Part shown: positions 9,894 to 19,405 of the stretch, one piece after another
Layout of the letters: the number at the start of each line of letters is the position of its first letter
How positions within the stretch are numbered: position 1 is the first letter of the stretch
Assembly: GCA_021799085.1 (NCBI GenBank)
Contig: JAJZBD010000006.1
Span: forward strand, 13,477-77,476
Direction of reading: 5' to 3'
Source of the DNA: Nanobdellota archaeon
Lineage (GTDB): Archaea; Nanobdellota; Nanobdellia; Parvarchaeales; Parvarchaeaceae
DNA: 64,000 nt
Notes under the pieces: generated by a model
Seen by the model: the letters and a program-made list of their open reading frames with translations, nothing else
Told to the model about the DNA's origin: nothing
The model's database searches: none
Translations under genes and position numbers: made by a program

Positions 9894-10457
9894 TTATTTG
9901 AATAGAAAATACGCGCCTATTATTAGTGCAAGGAATACTACTATGTAAGGCGCGTATGTATACAAGTCTTGGGATACTGATTTAGAGGAAAGACCAACGA
10001 ATCCCAAATTGGCAGTTATAAGAACCCATATTATCAATCCCACAGAAATCAGTACAGCTATGATTACTACTATCTTCCTTCCCGACTTACTCTTTAAAAG
10101 TTCGGAGCTGCTGCCGTAGAGCATAGACCCTATAACCAAAAGCATGAATATAACTATTGCAACTATGCCAACAATTGGAAGTATAAGATATGTTAACTTA
10201 AGCGTATAATTCGTGGTAGCAAATATTATTCCAAGAACGAATGCGATTATTGCATCTATGTCGCTTTTTCCCTTGAAAATCTCACTTCTTTGAAGAACGC
10301 CGTAGACTATAGCAAACACCAAAAGAAATGGAAAAAGAAACGATTCTACACCGGAAAACAGCAACGAAACGCCTGGAGCTGGTGAAGTCAACGTCGTAGT
10401 GACATTTGTCTTGTTCGACGTCAAATTGAAAGCAGTCATAGCGATATTTTCTAACAT
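9894..10457 (-). CDS. Multi-pass membrane protein, paralog 1 of a tandem triad
   Basis: PFLLVFAIVYGVLQRSEIF...DIDAIIAFVLG; about 5 TM segments. Confidence 0.8.
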   Translation of the reverse strand: MLENIAMTAFNLTSNKTNVTTTLTSPAPGVSLLFSGVESFLFPFLLVFAIVYGVLQRSEIFKGKSDIDAIIAFVLGIIFATTNYTLKLTYLILPIVGIVAIVIFMLLVIGSMLYGSSSELLKSKSGRKIVVIIAVLISVGLIIWVLITANLGFVGLSSKSVSQDLYTYAPYIVVFLALIIGAYFLFK

Positions 10458-10507
10458 ATTAATATTATGACTGGGAAGTATTTAAATAATTGTACTTATG
10501 CCAAAAT

Positions 10508-10783
10508 ATGAAAAAACGCAAACAATATAAGATTGGAAGGAAAACTCTGCTTTCCCTAGCGGTTGTTGGCTCTGCTGTCGGCATTGCGATAATAATTATA
10601 GTTGCATTAAACTATTCAAGTTTTTACGGGAATGGCTTCTATTATGGAAACGTAAAAATAGGGGGAAGCACACTTTCGCATGAGATAGACAACGATGTAT
10701 ATTTGATTGCAATAGCTTCTCTTCTAGTGATTTCCAGCTTATTCCTTATGTTTAGGGTTCTGAGAAACAAGCGCGGTTATTAG
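10508..10783 (+). CDS. Small two-TM membrane protein
   Basis: ATG 10508, basic N-terminus then two hydrophobic helices; TTTAAATA about 25 nt upstream. Confidence 0.65.
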   Translation: MKKRKQYKIGRKTLLSLAVVGSAVGIAIIIIVALNYSSFYGNGFYYGNVKIGGSTLSHEIDNDVYLIAIASLLVISSLFLMFRVLRNKRGY

Positions 10784-11650
10784 TCTTCCAGCTTCCTCTC
10801 TTGAGTAGCCAGTAAACAGAAAATCGCCGTCTAAAGAAACAAGCATTGATTTATTGTTTTGGTTAAAAATAAGATACTCTCCGTATAATATGCCGCCTGA
10901 AAGCCTGCTGCTTAATTCTTTTAAGTTCAGCTTTTTCCCATATGAAAATTTTATGCCTGAGGAACATACCTGCAAGAATCCGTCTTCAAAATTTTTCATT
11001 GCGTGTTTAACGCATACCTCGCATTCCATGTCCTTTTTAAGCATGCTACTTAAAACTCTTTTGTTTGAAAGATTAAATAACATGATCCTGCCGCCATCTA
11101 TTTTACTTGAAGCAAATTCGATTATGTTTTCCTTCAAAAACGAAACAAATTCATTTTTGGGCGCTGAAACGATTGATTCACAGCCCTCTTTTACGTGACC
11201 TATTGAATTCCTGAAGAGGCAGTTAAAGCAGGCGCTTTCTCTGTAAAAGAACAGGAATGCTTCCTTTTCATTCAAGGATACAAAAACCGCTGCCTTCCTG
11301 TATTTTACGCAGCCATTGTTTATTATTTTCCTACTGTTGACATTGTCGGTAAAATCTGCTATAATATCGTATTCTTTCATCGTTTCGAAGTCTTTTTCGG
11401 TGAAATATCTTTCATATCCTTCGTATTCCGTGCCGCTGTTCAAAGAATTGAGTTTGTTCACTGCAAAGGCCACCTTTGAAACAGGGGAAGAAAAGTCACA
11501 GCCTTTATAGAAAGGCTGTGTTATTAAATTGCTTTTTGATATTATGTCCCCGTCAAAAATCCCAACTTTTTTAAAGATTCCTTGGGAACTTTCAAGAAAG
11601 GCGGAACCTACTGCTCCTGCTCCTATAACAAGAATCGATTTGTTTTCCAT
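10739..11650 (-). CDS. ThiF/MoeB/E1-like adenylyltransferase with C-terminal extension
   Basis: VIGAGAVG, D-x-D-x-I-x-x-SNL-x-x-Q, DFTDN, Zn pairs CFNC and CEVC; ATG 11650. Confidence 0.85.
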   Translation of the reverse strand: MENKSILVIGAGAVGSAFLESSQGIFKKVGIFDGDIISKSNLITQPFYKGCDFSSPVSKVAFAVNKLNSLNSGTEYEGYERYFTEKDFETMKEYDIIADFTDNVNSRKIINNGCVKYRKAAVFVSLNEKEAFLFFYRESACFNCLFRNSIGHVKEGCESIVSAPKNEFVSFLKENIIEFASSKIDGGRIMLFNLSNKRVLSSMLKKDMECEVCVKHAMKNFEDGFLQVCSSGIKFSYGKKLNLKELSSRLSGGILYGEYLIFNQNNKSMLVSLDGDFLFTGYSREEAGRLITALVSQNPKHKE

Positions 11651-11755
11651 TTTATTTAATTCGCAATAGCCCAAAAATAAACTTATTTAAATACATAGTA
11701 TCTCTTAATGAGATAAATAAATATATTTATAGGATATAAAATTTTATTAAAGTGT

Positions 11756-12289
11756 ATGTACGAAATTATAACGTTAAGGGATAAGGTAAGGGTTGAGCCA
11801 AGCAAGCTGGAAGAAGACAGGAAAGAAGCCACTACAGAGATAATAAGAAAAAACTACATAGGAAAGATAATAGAAGACAAGGCTTTGCTCATTGGGTTAA
11901 TAGGCATTGATAGCATAGAGGAAGGAATAATAATACCAAATGACGCTTCAATATACTACGACACTATATTCAGGATGCTAGCATACCTGCCAACTTTACA
12001 CGAAACGGTTAAGGGGCAAGTAGTGGAAGTAAGTGAGATAGGAGCAATAGTAAACATAGGCCCGATAGATGGATTGGTGCACATTTCACAGACAATGGAT
12101 GACTTTGTTGATTTCTCCAAGAATGCACTTACTGGCAGAAGGACAAAAATGACAGTAAAAACGGGTGATACTGTAATAGCAAGCATAATAGCAGTTAGCA
12201 CTAAAGGAATAATGAAAGTGGGATTAACAATGCGTTCCCCCGGCCTTGGAAAATTGGGCTCAAAGAAAAAGGAGGCTGCTAAGAAATAA
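11756..12289 (+). CDS. rpo7: RNA polymerase subunit Rpo7 (E')
   Basis: DKVRVEP, S1-like IGPIDGLVHISQTMDD, GLTMRSPGLGK. Confidence 0.96.
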   Translation: MYEIITLRDKVRVEPSKLEEDRKEATTEIIRKNYIGKIIEDKALLIGLIGIDSIEEGIIIPNDASIYYDTIFRMLAYLPTLHETVKGQVVEVSEIGAIVNIGPIDGLVHISQTMDDFVDFSKNALTGRRTKMTVKTGDTVIASIIAVSTKGIMKVGLTMRSPGLGKLGSKKKEAAKK

Positions 12290-12291
12290 TT

Positions 12292-12477
12292 ATGGCATTG
12301 AAAGCATGCAGAGTTTGCAATTTTCTGACTGAAGATAGAAAATGCCCTATGTGCGGCAGCGAGGACCTTTCACTTAAATGGAAAGGCGTTGTTATAATCT
12401 CCGACAGCGAAAAATCTGCCATAGCAAATGCAATGAACATTGCAAAGAACGGAAAGTACGCAATTTCTGTTGAGTGA
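12292..12477 (+). CDS. spt4: Transcription elongation factor Spt4 (RpoE'')
   Basis: ACRVC...CPMCGS...WKGVVII...S-x-IA...GKYA; follows rpo7. Confidence 0.95.
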   Translation: MALKACRVCNFLTEDRKCPMCGSEDLSLKWKGVVIISDSEKSAIANAMNIAKNGKYAISVE

Positions 12478-12782
12478 ATATGGAAGTTAAAATAAACTCT
12501 AAGATAAATGATAAGTATCTTGACAGGGAAATAATCAACTTCACTGTAAAATTAAAGAGTGGCGAGCCTGCAAAGATAGATGAGACTAGGAAGACTTTGG
12601 AAGAAGAAGAAAAAAATGGTTTTCTTGTTATTTACACCATAAAAAGCACGTACGGAAAAAATGAGGCAAAAGGTATAGCGCATGTTTACAAAAATGAGGA
12701 AATGGCAAAAAAGATACTGCCGAAATACATACTTGAAAAGAACGGTATAAAGAATGGAAAAGAAGAAACAGAAAAAAAGTGA
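12474..12782 (+). CDS. rps24e: 30S ribosomal protein eS24 (divergent)
   Basis: LDREI-x-F, STYG...AKGIAHVY...PKYIL-x-KN; conserved position before eS31. Confidence 0.8.
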   Translation: MNMEVKINSKINDKYLDREIINFTVKLKSGEPAKIDETRKTLEEEEKNGFLVIYTIKSTYGKNEAKGIAHVYKNEEMAKKILPKYILEKNGIKNGKEETEKK

Positions 12783-12939
12783 AATCTGGAAAATGTACAA
12801 GATAGAAGGTGAGTCTATAACTAGAGTCAACCGTACATGCCCTAAGTGCGGCGAGGGTACTTTCCTTGCTGAACACGATAATAGATATACATGCGGAAGA
12901 TGCGGTTACACTGAATTTAAAAGAAAGGATAAAAATTAA
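12754..12939 (+). CDS. rps27ae: 30S ribosomal protein eS31 (S27ae)
   Basis: [27 protein letters not shown]. Confidence 0.96.
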   Translation: MEKKKQKKSEIWKMYKIEGESITRVNRTCPKCGEGTFLAEHDNRYTCGRCGYTEFKRKDKN

Positions 12940-12964
12940 ATAAGCACTGATCCTTATTCTATAA

Positions 12965-13927
12965 ATGTATACTCTGGGTATAGAAAGCACTGCGCACACT
13001 TTTGGTGTTGGCATTTCTGACGATGAAAAGATAATAGCAAATGAAAGAGACACACTTAAGCCTGCCTCTGGTGGGATAATACCGAGGGAAGCGGCACAGC
13101 ATCATTTTAAATTTGCCCCAGAGATACTTAAAAGAGCGCTTGATAAAAGCGGGTTGAAGTTAAAGGACATAGACCTATTCGCATTTTCCCAAGGCCCTGG
13201 TATAATACCTTCTCTCAAAGTAGGGGCGCAGCTTTCAACTTTTTTATCAAAGAAATACAATAAAAAACTGATAGGAGTAAACCACTGCATAGCCCATCTT
13301 GAAATAGCAAGGCTTTACACCAAATTAAACGACCCGGTGATGCTTTATGTAAGTGGCGGCAACACGCAAATAATAACTTATTACAATGGCACATACATAG
13401 TATTTGGCGAAACGCAGGACATAGGCGTGGGAAACCTTATTGACAAAATAGGGAGAAGATTAAACATACCTTTTCCCGCAGGCCCTAAGATAGAAGAACT
13501 GGCAAGGAAAAGCAGGCACTACATTGAAATGCCATACAGCATAAAAGGCATGGATGTAAGTTTTTCCGGCATAGAGACATTCATTTCAAGATTGATAGGC
13601 AAGGAGAAGATTGAGGACATATCCTTCTCTCTGCAGGAAACTATCTTTTCAATGCTTATAGAAGCCAGCGAGAGGGCAATGTCATACTGCTTAAAAGACA
13701 GTTTAGTAATAACTGGAGGGGTTGCAGCAAACAAACGGCTGAATGAGATGGGAGAGAAGATGTGTAAAGACAGAAATGCTTCATTTAAGGCAATACCTAT
13801 GGAATTTGCCGGCGATAACGGCGCAATGATTGCTTATACAGGTTACCTTATGAGGGATTACATGCAAAAAGACCTTGCAATAAAACCAAGGTTTAGGACC
13901 GATACGGTGGAGATAAAATACAGGTAA
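12965..13927 (+). CDS. kae1: KEOPS t6A threonylcarbamoyltransferase Kae1
   Basis: LGIESTAHT, GGIIPREAA, VNHCIAH, YVSGGNTQ, GGVAAN, DNGAMIA. Confidence 0.97.
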   Translation: MYTLGIESTAHTFGVGISDDEKIIANERDTLKPASGGIIPREAAQHHFKFAPEILKRALDKSGLKLKDIDLFAFSQGPGIIPSLKVGAQLSTFLSKKYNKKLIGVNHCIAHLEIARLYTKLNDPVMLYVSGGNTQIITYYNGTYIVFGETQDIGVGNLIDKIGRRLNIPFPAGPKIEELARKSRHYIEMPYSIKGMDVSFSGIETFISRLIGKEKIEDISFSLQETIFSMLIEASERAMSYCLKDSLVITGGVAANKRLNEMGEKMCKDRNASFKAIPMEFAGDNGAMIAYTGYLMRDYMQKDLAIKPRFRTDTVEIKYR

Positions 13928-13929
13928 AT

Positions 13930-14625
13930 ATGCCAATGAATGCGCCCCAAGAATATTATGAATTGGAGGAAAGATACAGCAAGGAAAAGGACCTTGAAGA
14001 GAAGGAAAGGATACTTAAAAGGATGATGGTTATCCTTCCAAAGCACAAGGGAACTGATAGAGAGTTTGGATCATTGAAAAGAAGGCTTTCCTTGCTAAAA
14101 AAAGAGGCAAGCAGAAAGCCATTGGTTCACAAGGCAACTGCCATAAGAAAAAGATGGCCGAGAGTTTCGCTTGTGGGTTACAGTGATGAAAACGTACTAA
14201 AGCTGTTTAATCTAACAAGAGTAGACAACCTGCTTTACGGCATAGTAAAGATAAACAACGTTCAGGTGCAGATGCTCTCAATTAAGGACCCAGAAAAAAA
14301 CAAGGACCTGCTCCTGCAAAGCGAAATAATAATATCAAAGGAGAAAATAAGCAGGTACTGCAGCTTTCAGGTAATAAATGAAAAGATAGACGTGGAAAAA
14401 GCGCTTAAAGACTTTGGAGTCATAGGGGTTTACACTGAAAACTCAAAGGATGCCGTTGCAATGGAAAGGGGCGAAACAGTCAAAGACTTGGTTAAAAAAC
14501 TGCACCTTAAGACCGAAAAAAACGCTTATGCAGTGGTATTCGGCAAAAGCGCAAAATTCCAGGGCCAGAGAGTTGCTCTTTCGCATGTATTGGAGGATGG
14601 AGACAGAGTCTTCATAAAAACATGA
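13930..14625 (+). CDS. Degenerate DRG/Rbg-type protein: N-terminal helical domain plus TGS, G-domain eroded
   Basis: MPMNAPQEY...PKHKGTD...LKRRL N-terminus; TGS end VKKLH...VFGKSAKFQGQRVALSHVLEDGD; no GxxxxGKS or DxxG. Confidence 0.8.
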   Translation: MPMNAPQEYYELEERYSKEKDLEEKERILKRMMVILPKHKGTDREFGSLKRRLSLLKKEASRKPLVHKATAIRKRWPRVSLVGYSDENVLKLFNLTRVDNLLYGIVKINNVQVQMLSIKDPEKNKDLLLQSEIIISKEKISRYCSFQVINEKIDVEKALKDFGVIGVYTENSKDAVAMERGETVKDLVKKLHLKTEKNAYAVVFGKSAKFQGQRVALSHVLEDGDRVFIKT

Positions 14626-15218
14626 AAACGCTTGCAGTTGGATCCGAAGCTATTATATACGAGGAAAACGGCACAATAATAAAAAGAAGGGTAAAGAAAA
14701 GCTACAGGATAAGGGAGATAGACGAAAAACTCAGAAAAAGCCGAAGCAAGGCAGAATTCAATGTAATGCAGTTTCTCTACAAAGGCGGATTAAACGTTCC
14801 AAAGCCTTTGAAATACAACGAAGGTAAAAAGGAGATCTGGATGGAAAAAATAGAAGGGATACGGCTAGCAGAGAAATTTTCAGTCAACGATGCAAAGGAG
14901 GTAGGCATTGCGGTTGCTGAAATGCATAATTTAGGAGTAATACACGGAGACCTTACTACTGCAAACATTATTAGAAAAGATAAAAAGCTGTATATTATAG
15001 ATTTTGGATTGAGCTACCATTCATCAAAAGACGAGGATTTTGCAAGCGATATATTCCTGTTTAAAAACGCGTTAAAATCAAAGCACAACGAATTATATAA
15101 AGAAGCCTACTCCTATTTCCTTCATGGTTATAAATCCAAAATTAGAAAAGAATTTAAAGGAATAGATACTCATCTTAAAGATATAGAAGAGAGGAGGAGA
15201 TATAATGAAAGTTATTAA
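14622..15218 (+). CDS. bud32: KEOPS kinase/ATPase Bud32
   Basis: GSEA, KRRVKKSYR, IHGDLTTAN, IIDFGL, C-terminal RRRY. Confidence 0.95.
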   Translation: MKTLAVGSEAIIYEENGTIIKRRVKKSYRIREIDEKLRKSRSKAEFNVMQFLYKGGLNVPKPLKYNEGKKEIWMEKIEGIRLAEKFSVNDAKEVGIAVAEMHNLGVIHGDLTTANIIRKDKKLYIIDFGLSYHSSKDEDFASDIFLFKNALKSKHNELYKEAYSYFLHGYKSKIRKEFKGIDTHLKDIEERRRYNESY

Positions 15219-15630
15219 CGTTAAGAACAGGTTCGTGCCTCACTGGCTTAATTACAAGCAGGAGGAAGTGGAACAGCTCATAATAAACAAGTCACAGAAG
15301 GGACTTACAAAATCAGAAATAGGCACAGTATTAAAGGATCAGTATGGAATACCTTCTGTAAAGGACATTACAAAGAAAAGCATAAGCACCATACTTAAAA
15401 GTAGGGGGATACAGGAACAATTGCCTGAAGACTTAATAGCTCTTTATAAAAAGGCAGTAAAGCTGCACATGCATGTTGATAAGATGAAAAAAGATAAACA
15501 TTCTATAAGAAGTCTGGTTGTTCTTGAAAACCGGATAAAAAAGCTCATTAAATACTATAAACAGACCAAAGTATTACCTAAAGACTATGAATACTCGCTT
15601 GAATCTGCAAGGTTGGTAGTAAAGATATGA
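15205..15630 (+). CDS. rps15: 30S ribosomal protein uS15
   Basis: IGTVLKDQYGIPSV, PEDL, KDKHS...ENRIKKLIKYYK. Confidence 0.95.
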   Translation: MKVINVKNRFVPHWLNYKQEEVEQLIINKSQKGLTKSEIGTVLKDQYGIPSVKDITKKSISTILKSRGIQEQLPEDLIALYKKAVKLHMHVDKMKKDKHSIRSLVVLENRIKKLIKYYKQTKVLPKDYEYSLESARLVVKI

Positions 15631-16163
15631 ATCAGCCCAATTCTTGGTACAAGGTAAAAGCCGTTGATTTTGACAACGCAGAGATAGGCAGCGTCTATGG
15701 AAATGAAGCTAACATACCAAAAAGATTGTTATTTGTAAATGCAAACAATCTGCCCGAGATAAAGACAAAACCAGGCTTTAAACTTGGCTTTAGATTAATC
15801 TCTTCGACTGAAAACACAGCGAATGCACAGCTTGAATCGCTTGTGCTTTCAAGAGAGCAGGTTGGTAGGATGGTAAGACATAATTCTTCAAAAATAGAAG
15901 TGGTGAGAAAGGTAAAAATAGACGAAAAGGAATATGCAATAAAGACATTGATAATAATAAACAAGGCAGAGAACAAGTACAAAAAATTCGTAAGAGCAGA
16001 AGCGGGCGAATTTATAGACAGCTTAGCCGAAAAGAAGAACTTAAAGGAATTAATTCTGGATGTTCTTGCTGGAAAGGTGCAAAACCAGCTTCATAAGAAA
16101 TTAAGCAAGATTTACCCAACAAGAGCAACTGAAATAAGGATGATAGAAAGTACTGGCAATTGA
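15627..16163 (+). CDS. rps3ae: 30S ribosomal protein eS1 (S3ae), short and divergent
   Basis: WYKVKA...EIG, RMVRHNSSKI, SKIYPTRATEIR; position after uS15. Confidence 0.82.
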   Translation: MNQPNSWYKVKAVDFDNAEIGSVYGNEANIPKRLLFVNANNLPEIKTKPGFKLGFRLISSTENTANAQLESLVLSREQVGRMVRHNSSKIEVVRKVKIDEKEYAIKTLIIINKAENKYKKFVRAEAGEFIDSLAEKKNLKELILDVLAGKVQNQLHKKLSKIYPTRATEIRMIESTGN

Positions 16164-16286
16164 TTTCATTTTCCAAATGGTAAAAGGCAGTAAAATTCTG
16201 TTTTGATACTGAAATAGCAATACAAAAACATTCAGAGGTTATAGAAATTTACTAAAATATAAAAAGGATATTTGCCTAAACTAACA

Positions 16287-16799
16287 ATGGCTGAAGACCT
16301 AGAAAAGTTGCTGGAGGGCAACATGACTACCAAAAAAGGGCTTTTAACTAAATTCAAGGAACTTTATCATGAAAAGATTGGCTCTCTTAGACCTTATATA
16401 GCTTCTCTTGGTGCATTGTCCATTGGCGTTGCAAACTGGAGCAAGGATTTTGCTTACAATGCGAAGGTAGTTCTTCCTTTTCTGTATACTTATTTCACAG
16501 TTGGTGGACACGAATGGTACAACATAGCACTTGCTCAGGAGGGATTAACGATTGCTGGGCTTACTGCAACCGCTAATAACAGAGTAAAAACGGCAAAATA
16601 TGGATTTTTGTATGAAATTGGAAGCGTGATAAATTCAGTACTTTATTATACTACCGTGAATACACAACCTCTTGGAAATTATTATGGAGGGATATGGAAC
16701 TCAATATTTTATTTCTACCAAGTTCCCATTTTCTTCATGATGCTAAAAAATTATTTTGGAAGAACATCAAAGAATAACAAATCAGAAACAGAAGCTTAA
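16287..16799 (+). CDS. Hypothetical membrane-associated orphan protein
   Basis: ATG 16287 (MAEDLEKLL); several hydrophobic segments; abuts the 3' end of tRNA-Ala. Confidence 0.65.
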   Translation: MAEDLEKLLEGNMTTKKGLLTKFKELYHEKIGSLRPYIASLGALSIGVANWSKDFAYNAKVVLPFLYTYFTVGGHEWYNIALAQEGLTIAGLTATANNRVKTAKYGFLYEIGSVINSVLYYTTVNTQPLGNYYGGIWNSIFYFYQVPIFFMMLKNYFGRTSKNNKSETEA

Positions 16800-16831
16800 A
16801 ATTTAATTTATCGGCTGATTTTAAAAGTTAA

Positions 16832-16904
16832 TGGACTCGACGGGATTTGAACCCGTAGTCTCTCCCATGCCATGGGAGCGCGTTGCCAATTGCGCCACGA
16901 GCCC
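16832..16904 (-). tRNA. tRNA-Ala(GGC)
   Basis: Acceptor GGGCTCG/CGAGTCC-A with G3:U70; anticodon arm CTCCC-ATGGCAT-GGGAG; T-loop GTTCAAATC; CCA not encoded. Confidence 0.96.
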
Positions 16905-16963
16905 TTAACAAAGCATAAATACAATCTAAGAATAAAAACATGGGATAAATAAATATTGCTATT

Positions 16964-19309
16964 TTACCTATGTATATCCCTGCCGTATTTTTTAAGCCGG
17001 TAATCGATCCTATTCAATTCATTTTGCGCATCCTTAAGCTGTTTTCCAGACAGTTTTCCAGAACTTATTAAGCCAACCAAATTTTCACGTCTGCTCATTA
17101 AACCATTTACTTCTATTTGGTTCTGCATTTGGGCATCCAATTTTCCATTTTCATCTACAGGAGATTTATGAGAGAACCATAAAATAGGTTTCACCCTCTT
17201 GTCAAATGCGCTGCTTGGGCCTACAACACCAGGATTTACAGCCTGTGAACCTGCTTGCTGGCTTTTATTTGCAGCTTCTTCAGCTCTTTGTTGTTCGGCC
17301 TTTCTCGCAGCATCTAATTGAGCGTCTGCAAGCCTTTGATCCTCCTCTAATTCCTGTCTTCTCTGTTCCTCAATTAATCTCTGCTGCTCGGCTCTTTTCA
17401 AAGCATCTAATTGAGCGTCTGCGCGTCTTTGCTCTTCCAGCATTTCTTGTTTTATCTGCTCCTGCTGTTCCTTTATCAACCTATCATGTTCGGCTTGCTG
17501 TCTTGCAGCTTCCGCCAATTTCGCTTGCTCTGCTAACCTTTCCTGCTCTTGCCTTTCCATTTCTGCATGCATCCTTACGGCTTCTAATTGAGCGTCTGCA
17601 AGCCTTTGATCCTCTTTCAATTCCTCTCTCCTCTGCTGCGCTTGCTGGTTTCTAAGATTCTCCTGCCTTATCTGCTCGGGAGATTTTGGAACTATGGAAT
17701 TTGGATCTATTTTATCTGAAATTTTCTTAAGCTTTTTATCTATTTCCTTGATGCGCTTTGCTCTTGTAGAATCCGATAAATTAAGATTTGGATCTAAGTC
17801 GGCATTACGCTGCTTAAGCAAATCCAAAACCTCCTGTTGTCTGCTTTCTTTTGATGTTCTTCTTCTGAACATTCTCTTTGCTAAACTGTTAGTAGGAGGT
17901 ATACCAAAAGCGCCTTGGTTTACTGCGTTTGACATCTGGAAAATTTCATTGTTCTTTGCTGCTTCTTCTCTGGATTTTTGCAGCTCTTTTGCTTCCCTTC
18001 TTCTCTCAAAAAAGGACCTTTTGATAGTGCCCTCATTTTTAAGCCTACGCTCATACATTTTCTTTGCTTCTCTTTTTGAAGGAACTTTACCTAGCGCACC
18101 TTGGTTTGCTGCGTTTGCCAAATCAAAAAGATCTCCGGCCTGACTATTTCCAGTGTTGCTTATAAATGTATTTTTCTTGTTAAGATCTTTCTGATCTTTC
18201 TTCAATGCTCTTTTTTGCGACCATGACAGTTTGTAATTACTTTGAGCATTTGACTTTAAATTCTTTAAAGCCTGATCTCTTGAGAAAAAGCCGGTTAGTT
18301 TCTGCAAATCCCTATTGTTTGAAAGTTGTTTCTTGGAGTATTGCACCTGCGTAAGCTTTGTCCTATCGGCAACGTTCTTCCAGGCTTCATTTGCCAGTTT
18401 GTTTTTGAGCTGGGCCATCCTCAACTGCTCTTGTGGAGTAAGGCTGCCCTTTTTCAGCAGATCCCTATACTCTTGAAGAGTAGAAGAATTTGCCTGCTTT
18501 CTTTGTGCTATTGAAGAAAGCGCTTTCTGTTGCACCTTTGCCTCTTTTTTTGCTTGTTTATCCTCTTTTGAGAGCTTCGGGCCATGCCTCCCTGCCCTTC
18601 TAATTAGGAATATAACTAGGAGTATGGCAACAAACAATGGAACCAAAACTATTGGACTGAACAGGAATCCTGCAAACCCTGGTATTAGCAATGCAATCAA
18701 AAGAAAGACTATGAAAAGCAGGATAACCCTTAAAACTATATTGCTGTGCGTTTTTACCCCTCTTAGAAGTAGGATTATAAAGACGGCTACTGTAATTATT
18801 CCAAATACAAGCGGGAGTATGCTGAGTATATTTATGTGCAGTATTGAGTTTACAGAGTTAGTAAGACTTGTGTCATTTTCAAACAAGATTATAATAAGGA
18901 AAAGCGCAACAATTAAGCCAATCAGCCTTATAGACCTTGGAGACTTAACGGCAGCAAGCATTCCTAGTATCAATGCTATAAATGCCAGGACTATAAAGGC
19001 GTTTAGGAAGAAATGCAGCAAAGTGCTATCACTATAAAGGAGAAAGAAGGTTATAAGTGCAAAGATGAAGGAAATCGCTATTCCACCACTAGAAAGCTGC
19101 GTCCTATCCAAAGCTATTGCAAATACTATAAACATCACTATTGCGAAGAATCCTGCATAGATGTAGGAATTACCAGAAGATAGCCCAGAAAGAAATGAAC
19201 CACTTGAAGAGGAGGTAGACGGAGGAGGTATGCCTGCCTGTGCATGAACTAACGATACCGAAAACACTGATAATAAGAGCAAAATCACTACCAGATGACT
19301 TATTTTCAT
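16964..19309 (-). CDS. Large membrane protein: signal peptide, about 7 TM helices, long basic/coiled-coil tail with internal repeats
   Basis: Hydrophobic residues 1-235, then K/Q/E/R-rich tail with three ADAQL repeats and two NA-x-NQGA repeats. Confidence 0.85.
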   Translation of the reverse strand: MKISHLVVILLLLSVFSVSLVHAQAGIPPPSTSSSSGSFLSGLSSGNSYIYAGFFAIVMFIVFAIALDRTQLSSGGIAISFIFALITFFLLYSDSTLLHFFLNAFIVLAFIALILGMLAAVKSPRSIRLIGLIVALFLIIILFENDTSLTNSVNSILHINILSILPLVFGIITVAVFIILLLRGVKTHSNIVLRVILLFIVFLLIALLIPGFAGFLFSPIVLVPLFVAILLVIFLIRRAGRHGPKLSKEDKQAKKEAKVQQKALSSIAQRKQANSSTLQEYRDLLKKGSLTPQEQLRMAQLKNKLANEAWKNVADRTKLTQVQYSKKQLSNNRDLQKLTGFFSRDQALKNLKSNAQSNYKLSWSQKRALKKDQKDLNKKNTFISNTGNSQAGDLFDLANAANQGALGKVPSKREAKKMYERRLKNEGTIKRSFFERRREAKELQKSREEAAKNNEIFQMSNAVNQGAFGIPPTNSLAKRMFRRRTSKESRQQEVLDLLKQRNADLDPNLNLSDSTRAKRIKEIDKKLKKISDKIDPNSIVPKSPEQIRQENLRNQQAQQRREELKEDQRLADAQLEAVRMHAEMERQEQERLAEQAKLAEAARQQAEHDRLIKEQQEQIKQEMLEEQRRADAQLDALKRAEQQRLIEEQRRQELEEDQRLADAQLDAARKAEQQRAEEAANKSQQAGSQAVNPGVVGPSSAFDKRVKPILWFSHKSPVDENGKLDAQMQNQIEVNGLMSRRENLVGLISSGKLSGKQLKDAQNELNRIDYRLKKYGRDIHR
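17313..17614. repeat. Intragenic direct repeats in the 781-aa membrane protein
   Basis: TCTAATTGAGCGTCTGCAAGCCTTTGATCCTC identical at 17313-17344 and 17583-17614; 17-bp core again at 17406-17422. Confidence 0.92.
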
Positions 19310-19405
19310 ATTTTAATATACCTTTTATGAGTTATAAATTTAGTTTTTAGAAAGGTTTTTAAATGAAAAGCAAGATTTAAGAATTGCAGATTACTATATT
19401 ATAAA

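Noticed and set aside
16866-16874. A32-U38 pair in the tRNA-Ala(GGC) anticodon loop
   Set aside because: A known feature of tRNA-Ala(GGC), not novel.
17313-17614. 32-bp direct repeats as a possible CRISPR array
   Set aside because: Only two full copies, at in-frame spacings of 93 and 270 bp inside a coding region; no cas genes.
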